Shown piece by piece: positions 26,306 to 32,000 of a stretch of 32,000 bases of DNA (position 1 is the first letter of the stretch; each line of letters opens with the position of its first letter). The notes beneath the pieces were generated by a model. The model was not told the origin of the DNA. It saw only the letters and a list, made by a program, of their open reading frames with translations, and made no database searches. The stretch is from contig CALSTM010000002.1 of the NCBI GenBank assembly GCA_943789275.1, positions 450,001 to 482,000 on the forward strand, written 5' to 3'. The stretch comes from Candidatus Poseidoniaceae archaeon (GTDB lineage: Archaea; Thermoplasmatota; Poseidoniia; Poseidoniales; Poseidoniaceae). The position numbers and the translations under genes are program-made.

Positions 26306-26890
26306 TTGGATTCTGTCCAGCATTTGTCCGGTCGTTCTGAGCATGTTGGAGAGCATGCAGTTGTTGGCATAGTAACTGTAAGTGATCGAGCGAATGCAGG
26401 CGAATATGAAGACGAAGGAGGGCCTGCTTTACTTTCGTTTCTCGAACAAGGGATTGCGAGCCCATTGACCGTTCACTACCGATGTGTACCTGATGACAAG
26501 GCCCTCATCGAAGAAACTCTCATCGAAATGGTAGACAGACTTGGATGCCATGTTGTGGTCACCACGGGGGGGACAGGCCCTGCTCAAAGGGATGTGACGC
26601 CAGAAGCGACAGAAAGCGTCTGTGACAAAATTCTCCCTGGTTTTGGAGAACAAATGCGGGCTATTTCGCTCCAATATGTCCCTACCGCTGTTCTGTCTAG
26701 GCAACTCGGTGGCATTCGCAGAAAAAGCCTGCTGTTCAATCTCCCTGGACGTCCAAAATCGATTCGCGAAACGATTGACGAAATTTGGAAGGCTGTGCCA
26801 TACTGTATCGACCTGCTTGAAGGTCCTTACATTGACACCGTCGATGGTGTTTGCAATGCTTTCAGGCCCAAATCAGCTCGGCGAAGATAA
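26306..26890 (+). CDS. mogA: molybdopterin adenylyltransferase MogA
   Basis: Near-colinear with E. coli MogA from memory: VSDRANAGEYEDEGGPAL, VVTTGGTGPAQRDVTPEAT, LPGFGEQMRAISLQYVPTAVLSRQ, NLPGRPKSIRET, VPYCIDLLEGPYI and AFRPKSARR. The start codon is TTG per the track and is uncertain by a few codons. Confidence 0.9.
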   Translation: MDSVQHLSGRSEHVGEHAVVGIVTVSDRANAGEYEDEGGPALLSFLEQGIASPLTVHYRCVPDDKALIEETLIEMVDRLGCHVVVTTGGTGPAQRDVTPEATESVCDKILPGFGEQMRAISLQYVPTAVLSRQLGGIRRKSLLFNLPGRPKSIRETIDEIWKAVPYCIDLLEGPYIDTVDGVCNAFRPKSARRR

Positions 26891-26935
26891 TGGTTCATCG
26901 TAGAGTTCAAGGAGTGGATTCACTCAAGCCGTCTC

Positions 26936-28357
26936 ATGGAAGATACAGATACCCGTGGAAACATGCTGATTGTTGGAGCCAAAGTCGTTTTGCCAAACGA
27001 AACAAAATTGGCTGATGTTCGAATAATTGGAGGAGTGATTTCTGAGATTGCGGAGCCGCAAGTCCTTGTTCACCACGATGGGGAACTCCTTGTTGACGGT
27101 TCAGGCCTGCATCTACTGCCTGGTGCAATCGACCCGCAAGTTCACTTCCGAGACCCCGGCCAACCAGAGAAAGAAGATTTGGGAAGCGGCTCAGCAGCAG
27201 CTGTGAGTGGTGGCATCACTTCATTTCTCGATATGCCGAACAACAAACCCTCCATCGTCGACTTACCCGGCATGCAAATGAAACTGGATACTGCTGCCGC
27301 AAAATGCGTCAACAACTACGGCTTCTTTATTGGAGCAACTCCCGACAATGTCGAAAAACTTCAGGAGGCTGTTGGAACGCCGGAGGCCCCGATAGCAATT
27401 CCCGGAATCTGTGGAATCAAAATTTTCATGGGCTCTTCAACCGGTACACTACTTGTCAACGAACGTGAGGCATTGGAAACCATTTTTTCACAAACTGCAG
27501 GACTCATTGCCGTCCACGCAGAGGATGAAAAGAGGTTGAATGAGCGGTTCCCTGATTATGAGGCTCGAACCGACATCGCAGCCCATGCTGAGTGGAGGGA
27601 CGATGTTACCGCCCTACTGGCAACACAACTTGCTGTCGAACTCGCTCAAACCCATAACCATCGACTGCATGTGTTGCATCTCACCTCAGGTATCGAAGCG
27701 GATTGGTTGAACGGCATTACTTCACTGCCATCTCAGCAGAAAGAAGGTGCCATTATCACCACTGAAACTTTGCCTCAACATCTTACCTTCACCGATGTCG
27801 ATGTTAAGGAACAAGGCACCCGATTGCAAATGAATCCACCAATCCGATACCAAGCCGACAAGGACACGCTATGGAAGCGCCTCTTGGATGGAACCGTCCA
27901 ATGTATGGCAACGGACCACGCACCTCACACCTCCGAAGCAAAGGGACTTGGTTTCCCACAAGCACCCAGCGGTATGCCTGGAGTTGAAACCTCACTGGCC
28001 GTCATGCTCACCCACGCTAAATCCGGCACATGCACGATTGAGCAGGTCGTTGAGTGGATGTCCACCAATGTGGCTGATTGTTACAACATGATTGGAAAAG
28101 GACGAATCGAAGTTGGTTTCGATGCGGACTTTGTGTTGGTCGACATGGAAAATGAACAGGAAGTCATGGATGAAAACAGTTGGACTCGAGTCGGCTGGAA
28201 CCCCTTCAGAGGGCGTATGTTAACCGGTTGGGCAAAAATGACCATTGTTGCTGGTATTCCAGTCTTTGAGCGTACAGAAAACACTGGACAAAAGGGTCAA
28301 ATTTTAGTTGAAGCAGGTTCAGTTGGCACTCCAATATTGATGGCTCCATGGAATTAA
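26936..28357 (+). CDS. pyrC: dihydroorotase (cyclic amidohydrolase family), with a QxH variant of the first metal-binding motif
   Basis: Motifs: PGAIDPQVHFRDPG; GGITSFLDMPNNKP; GIKIFMGSSTG (Lys position); IAVHAEDE; LHVLHLTS; MATDHAPHT. An alternative start is ATG 26963 (MLIVGAKVV). Confidence 0.75.
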   Translation: MEDTDTRGNMLIVGAKVVLPNETKLADVRIIGGVISEIAEPQVLVHHDGELLVDGSGLHLLPGAIDPQVHFRDPGQPEKEDLGSGSAAAVSGGITSFLDMPNNKPSIVDLPGMQMKLDTAAAKCVNNYGFFIGATPDNVEKLQEAVGTPEAPIAIPGICGIKIFMGSSTGTLLVNEREALETIFSQTAGLIAVHAEDEKRLNERFPDYEARTDIAAHAEWRDDVTALLATQLAVELAQTHNHRLHVLHLTSGIEADWLNGITSLPSQQKEGAIITTETLPQHLTFTDVDVKEQGTRLQMNPPIRYQADKDTLWKRLLDGTVQCMATDHAPHTSEAKGLGFPQAPSGMPGVETSLAVMLTHAKSGTCTIEQVVEWMSTNVADCYNMIGKGRIEVGFDADFVLVDMENEQEVMDENSWTRVGWNPFRGRMLTGWAKMTIVAGIPVFERTENTGQKGQILVEAGSVGTPILMAPWN

Positions 28358-28363
28358 TGCCGT

Positions 28364-28368
28364 TTTTC
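28364..28368 (+). terminator. T5 tract 7 nt after the pyrC stop (putative archaeal termination signal)
   Basis: The sequence reads taa tgccgTTTTTcag. Termination is inferred from position only. Confidence 0.3.
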
Positions 28369-28436
28369 AGTTAAATTTCGGCTCTTTTGCGGTAACATTA
28401 TACGCTCAACCACTTATTTCCGATTAGGGATAGAGA

Positions 28437-28724
28437 ATGAGTTGGCTCGAAGAAAATATTGGAGAAGGATATCAGCAAGTTGTAATTGGATTTAGTGTAT
28501 TTATAATCGGTGCATTGCTCGGATGGATTGAAGCTGCAGACAGTGTAATGTCTGCGTCAGACGTCTACATGCCTGCAGTGATTATGCTGTCGGGTGCAAT
28601 GGTGACAATGCTTGGACTGTCTTTCGGAACAGAAAGTGAAGAGGACCGTACCGATGATCTAATGAACGCTATCAACGAACTTACGGCTCGCATGAACGCA
28701 ATGCTGGGCACTGAAGAAGAGTGA
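28437..28724 (+). CDS. small two-TM membrane protein (hypothetical)
   Basis: 95-aa ORF with two hydrophobic segments (VVIGFSVFIIGALLGWI and MPAVIMLSGAMVTMLGLSF) and an acidic helical tail. A TATA-like ACATTATAC lies about 35 nt upstream. Confidence 0.5.
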   Translation: MSWLEENIGEGYQQVVIGFSVFIIGALLGWIEAADSVMSASDVYMPAVIMLSGAMVTMLGLSFGTESEEDRTDDLMNAINELTARMNAMLGTEEE

Positions 28725-28726
28725 CA

Positions 28727-30223
28727 CTACAATCCGTACAATGAACCGTACTTCGCTTCGACGTATCGAAGAAACGGTTCAGGAGACGGCGGTGAGCCTG
28801 TAGCGAATTCGATCAATTCAGCAGGGGACATTTTACTCCCTTGTTCGTGAATACGTGGACGTAGCCATTGCAGTAGACTTGACCAATCGCCTGAAGATAC
28901 AAGAGCGTCAATATCGCCCAATTCGTCCTGCATCGATTCGAGTAACTGAGCGGCATAGAGGTTGCCCAAAGTATAGGTTGGGAAATATCCAAAGGCACCC
29001 ATTGACCAGTGAATATCTTGGAGACATCCCATCGTGTCGTTTGGAACTTGGACATCAAACCACTCTTCGAACATGGAATTCCAAGTTGCAGGTAATTCGG
29101 AAACCGGAAGGTTTTCGTTGAATATTTTCTTTTCAATTTCATACCGTAGCATCACATGCAGGTTGTAAGTTACCTCATCTGCCTCGACTCGAATAAAGCC
29201 TTTCGATACGGTGTTCGCAATTCTGTTGAGTTCTTCCGGTCTCCAATCGGGAGCGTCTGGGAATTGTTCACGGAACCAAGGCAGCGCTACTTCCCAGAAG
29301 CCGGTAGTTCGGCCGATTTGATTCTCCCAAAACCGGCTTTGTGATTCGTGGACACCCAACGAAACTGCATCTCCTCTTGGTGTTAAAGAATGGGAGTGAG
29401 CTAAACCCTGTTCGTAAAGAGCGTGCCCGGTTTCATGCATGACTGCATACAAGCAAGAAAAGGGATCTTTTTCATCAAAGCGAGTGGTAAAACGAGTATC
29501 CCCCGGCCAAAGGCCGGCGGAAAACGGATGAGTTGAAGCATCCATGCGACCTGCAGAGAAATCAAATCCCATTGCCTCAGAAACTTTGAGACAAAACTCG
29601 GTTTGGGCTTCAATGGAAAAACGCATTTCTTCGGGAAGAGTCGGGTCTGGACGGGTTTTTTGAGCCTCTGTAATGTTTTGCAGAAGTGGAACTAATCGAG
29701 CACGAAGACCGGCGAACAGCGGGTCGTAATCGGTAACTTTCATGCCAACTTCATATTCATCCAGCAGGACGTCATAGGGATTCTCTTCGCCACCGTAATA
29801 GGCGATTTTCTTCTTCGTCATCTCAATAAGTGATTCAAGTTGAGGGAGGAAGGATTGAAAATCTGATTCAGCACGTGCTTTTTGCCACGAAAGCAGTGCC
29901 TCGGACTTCGCTTTGGCAAATGCTGCTACAAACTCAGCAGGAAGTTGAATGGCTTTGTCGTAGGCTCGGCGCATTTCCCTTACGTTCGCTTGCTGGTCGT
30001 CATCAAGGTCTGAAGACTGTTCAAGTTGTGACAAGAGGTGACCCATTTCGTCATCGACGAGGCGCGTATGACGTTCCGCAGCAAGCCAAGAAAGTATATC
30101 GGAACGCGCTTCTGAGCCCTTTGAAGGCATGAACGTCTCTTGGTCCCATCCAAGATGCCCTTGAAGCGCACCAAGACGGTGAATGTCTTTTACCCGTTCA
30201 ATGAACGCTGAATATGTCTGCAT
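28727..30223 (-). CDS. carboxypeptidase Taq-like metallopeptidase (family M32)
   Basis: Motifs: HLGWDQETFMP; HPF; HEXXH as MHETGHALYEQG; HESQSRFWEN; IRVEADEVTYNLHVMLRYE; WSMGAFGYFPTYTLG. Confidence 0.9.
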   Translation of the reverse strand: MQTYSAFIERVKDIHRLGALQGHLGWDQETFMPSKGSEARSDILSWLAAERHTRLVDDEMGHLLSQLEQSSDLDDDQQANVREMRRAYDKAIQLPAEFVAAFAKAKSEALLSWQKARAESDFQSFLPQLESLIEMTKKKIAYYGGEENPYDVLLDEYEVGMKVTDYDPLFAGLRARLVPLLQNITEAQKTRPDPTLPEEMRFSIEAQTEFCLKVSEAMGFDFSAGRMDASTHPFSAGLWPGDTRFTTRFDEKDPFSCLYAVMHETGHALYEQGLAHSHSLTPRGDAVSLGVHESQSRFWENQIGRTTGFWEVALPWFREQFPDAPDWRPEELNRIANTVSKGFIRVEADEVTYNLHVMLRYEIEKKIFNENLPVSELPATWNSMFEEWFDVQVPNDTMGCLQDIHWSMGAFGYFPTYTLGNLYAAQLLESMQDELGDIDALVSSGDWSSLLQWLRPRIHEQGSKMSPAELIEFATGSPPSPEPFLRYVEAKYGSLYGL

Positions 30224-30342
30224 GCTCTACCCATTCCTCCATCCATCATGAACACTCGTATGGTATTTTTCGAGGGGGCGAGCCGAGTTTGTAATGCAAA
30301 TACTGCCACACATTGAAGTTGTTAAGCCTCGTCGGAGTTTTT

Positions 30343-31515
30343 ATGGTGCGGCCTTTTTCTCGTAAGGCAAACAAATCTGCGCCAATTCCTGTCGAGGATG
30401 AAGAACTTGAGGAAGTCATCGATGAGGTTGAAGAGCCCATTGAAGAGACTCCTGAAACAGAAAAAACCCAACCGGAAGTTCAACCAGAAGAGGATATCCC
30501 TTTTGATGAACTTTCTATAGAAGAAGTCGCTGAGAATTTGAAAACCAGCGCTCAAACAGTTATCAAAACATGTATGGATATTCGTAGAGGAGAAAATGTC
30601 CTTATTGTTTGCGACCCTACGACCGGAGACATTGGCCAAGCATTGCATGAAGCAGCCAACGAACGGTCGGACCGAGTCTTGCTCATCGTCATGCCAAAAG
30701 CCCGGCACCACGGTGAAGAGCCACCTTCGCCAGTAGCCAACCTAATGCGACAACAACAGGTTGTTATTGCACCGACACGTTACTCACTCACTCATACACG
30801 TGCCATTCGCCAATCGGTTCGTGGAGGGGCAAGGGTGGCCACCATGCCCGGAATGACCAATGAGATGTTCAGTCGCGGAGGTATGTCCGCAGACTTTAAT
30901 GAAATCAAGCAAAAAATCAGCGACCTCACCCCTTATTTCCGACGGAGAAGAATTGTTCATGTTAAGTCAGAACAAGGCACTGATGTATCGTTTGAAGTGA
31001 ATTGGCGTGAATGGAAACTCGACGACAATGGAATATGTAACCGTCCGAAGATGCTCACGAACCTTCCCGCTGGAAAGGCGTTCATCATGCCGCGTGAAGG
31101 AACCATGAACGGTACGGTGGTCATTGATGGGTCATGGGAATCAAATCTTGTTGACGAACCAATCACACTGATTATCGAAGAAGGAATGGTCATGGACGTC
31201 AAGGGAGGTACAACTGCTGCCACTATTCGGCAAGAGTTTGGCGAAGCTGCGAAGCGATTACGGACCAAAGACCGTGAAAATGTTTGGACTGTTGCCGAAT
31301 TTGGATTTGGTATGAATCCACAAGCGCGCCTCTCTGGTAACGTTCTCGAAGACGAAAAGCGATTGGGTACATGCTATTTCTCAGTTGGAGACAACACGGC
31401 CTTAGGTGGAACCTCTGCAGTTGGAATACACATACCAGGAGTTCTCAAAAACGCTAGTGTATGGTTGGATGACACCCAACTAATCACCAACGGCGAATTT
31501 TCGCTTTGGGATTAA
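30343..31515 (+). CDS. M29-like aminopeptidase family protein (COG2309-like) with a ~65-aa acidic N-terminal extension
   Basis: The core has GENVLIVCDPTTGDIGQALHEAA...VLLIVMP, VVIAPTRYSLTHTRA, GTVVIDGS, AEFGFGMNP and CYFSVGDN...GIHIPGVL, which resembles thermophilic metalloprotease (M29)-type aminopeptidases from memory. The track start is TTG 30313. ATG 30343 is preferred. Confidence 0.55.
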   Translation: MVRPFSRKANKSAPIPVEDEELEEVIDEVEEPIEETPETEKTQPEVQPEEDIPFDELSIEEVAENLKTSAQTVIKTCMDIRRGENVLIVCDPTTGDIGQALHEAANERSDRVLLIVMPKARHHGEEPPSPVANLMRQQQVVIAPTRYSLTHTRAIRQSVRGGARVATMPGMTNEMFSRGGMSADFNEIKQKISDLTPYFRRRRIVHVKSEQGTDVSFEVNWREWKLDDNGICNRPKMLTNLPAGKAFIMPREGTMNGTVVIDGSWESNLVDEPITLIIEEGMVMDVKGGTTAATIRQEFGEAAKRLRTKDRENVWTVAEFGFGMNPQARLSGNVLEDEKRLGTCYFSVGDNTALGGTSAVGIHIPGVLKNASVWLDDTQLITNGEFSLWD

Positions 31516-32000
31516 TCAACGAACGCCGCCGCTCTGTGTACCACAGATTGGACAGAACCGCCAATATGGGTCCAGTCCAATACCACATCCACGGCAAAGA
31601 ACGCCTGAACGGATGGTTGGCTGAATCGGTTGTTGTGGTTGATTCCAGCCCTGTTGTTGCTGTCGGCTGCTGATTCCAGCCTTGTTGTTGCTGTGGCTGT
31701 TGATTCCAGCCCTGTTGTTGCTGTGGCTGTTGATTCCAGCCCTGTTGGGGTTGATGCTGTTGAGCGGGTTGCTGTTGAACAGGTTGTTGCTGAACAGGTT
31801 GTTGCTGCGCAGGTTGTTGCTGTGCAAGTGGTTTTCGAACAGGAGCAACAGGGCGAGGAAGAGATTGAGTTTTCTCCGCAGCGGGAGAAGAAATAAACTC
31901 AGAAAGAGAAACTGTTCCGTCTCCGTCCGTATCAGCCTGCTCATGCAGTTCCTTTGCTTCTTCAAGTGAAGTACCAGTGGCGACGGCCAGTTCTTCGACG
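31516..32000 (-). CDS. EF-hand / Gln-Pro-rich repeat / C-terminal zinc-ribbon protein; N-terminus beyond the window edge; reading frame broken inside the repeat
   Basis: The minus-strand frame entering from position 32000 reads VEELAVATGTSLEEAKELHEQADTDGDGTVSLSEFISS...PAQQQPVQQQPVQQQPAQQHQPQQGWNQQPQQQQGWNQQPQQQQGWNQQP. The homologous continuation QQQQGWNQPQQPIQPTIRSGVLCRGCGIGLDPYWRFCPICGTQSGGVR* is in another frame, the one shown as track ORF 31516..31965. The N-terminal two-thirds of that track ORF is therefore mis-framed. Confidence 0.7.
   Translation of the reverse strand, partial: SKNWPSPLVLHLKKQRNCMSRLIRTETEQFLFLSLFLLPLRRKLNLFLALLLLFENHLHSNNLRSNNLFSNNLFNSNPLNSINPNRAGINSHSNNRAGINSHSNNKAGISSRQQQQGWNQPQQPIQPTIRSGVLCRGCGIGLDPYWRFCPICGTQSGGVR
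31621..31745 (-). repeat. coding tandem repeat, 30-nt unit x ~4 (QQGWNQQPQQ)
   Basis: Plus-strand units are 31711-31740 and 31681-31710 (30 nt each), 31650-31680 (31 nt, with an extra C at 31664), and a partial unit at 31621-31649. Confidence 0.85.
31766..31825 (-). repeat. coding tandem repeat, 15-nt unit x 4 (QQQP[AV])
   Basis: Plus-strand units are gggttgctgttgaac, aggttgttgctgaac, aggttgttgctgcgc and aggttgttgctgtgc. Confidence 0.85.

Noticed and set aside
31621-31825. CRISPR-like regular repeats
   Set aside because: The units are contiguous 30-nt and 15-nt tandem repeats without unique spacers. They translate into a Q/P/G/W-rich protein linker, so they are coding microsatellite-like repeats, not a CRISPR array.
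31700-31965. Hydrophobic N-terminal region of track ORF 31516..31965 (FLFLSLFLLPL...LFLALLLLF) as a TM anchor
   Set aside because: The overlapping frame encodes a canonical 12-residue EF-hand loop and regular QQQP/QQGWNQQPQQ repeats continuous with the edge. The hydrophobic reading is the off-frame translation of CAA/CAG-rich DNA.

Overview
Gene-dense chromosomal window; about 96% of bases fall inside the genes called here. It looks like core housekeeping DNA of a planktonic archaeon. The lineage call is inference, resting on four observations. tRNA-Gln has an A1-U72 first pair. There is a long archaeal/eukaryotic-style NFACT (Rqc2/NEMF-like) protein. There is a two-subunit 2-oxoacid:ferredoxin oxidoreductase. 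These sit beside several bacterial-looking enzymes (MogA, RNase PH, thiolase II, RhlE-like helicase) and a giant secreted adhesin-like protein, a mix reminiscent of marine Thermoplasmatota (Marine Group II-like). In order, the window holds: a >1,891-aa secreted FG-GAP/PKD surface protein on the minus strand (1-5675), which is missing from the ORF track because it runs off the left edge; a hypothetical protein; aconitase split into two overlapping ORFs by a 1-nt frameshift; a membrane-anchored cyclophilin; OFOR alpha and beta; a TM-anchored protein with a YfaP/DUF2135-like C-terminal domain; glutaredoxin; tRNA-Gln(CUG); a Nudix-MBL fusion; an MDR quinone oxidoreductase; NFACT; a DEAD-box helicase with a long GYRGGGGGGRGGGGG repeat tail; thiolase; RNase PH; tRNA-Phe(GAA); a 702-aa polytopic membrane protein; MogA; dihydroorotase; a small membrane protein; M32 carboxypeptidase; an M29-like aminopeptidase; and, running off the right edge on the minus strand, an EF-hand / Q-rich repeat / zinc-ribbon protein that is also frameshifted inside its own tandem repeat. 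I found no CRISPR array, transposase, integrase, toxin-antitoxin pair or recognisable defence or secretion operon. I cannot honestly point to a convincing novel multi-gene system. The items worth a second look are the two frameshifts, the hidden edge-spanning genes, the RGG-tail helicase, the tethered DUF2135-like protein, a QxH variant of the dihydroorotase metal site, and a few unusual fusions and insertions.
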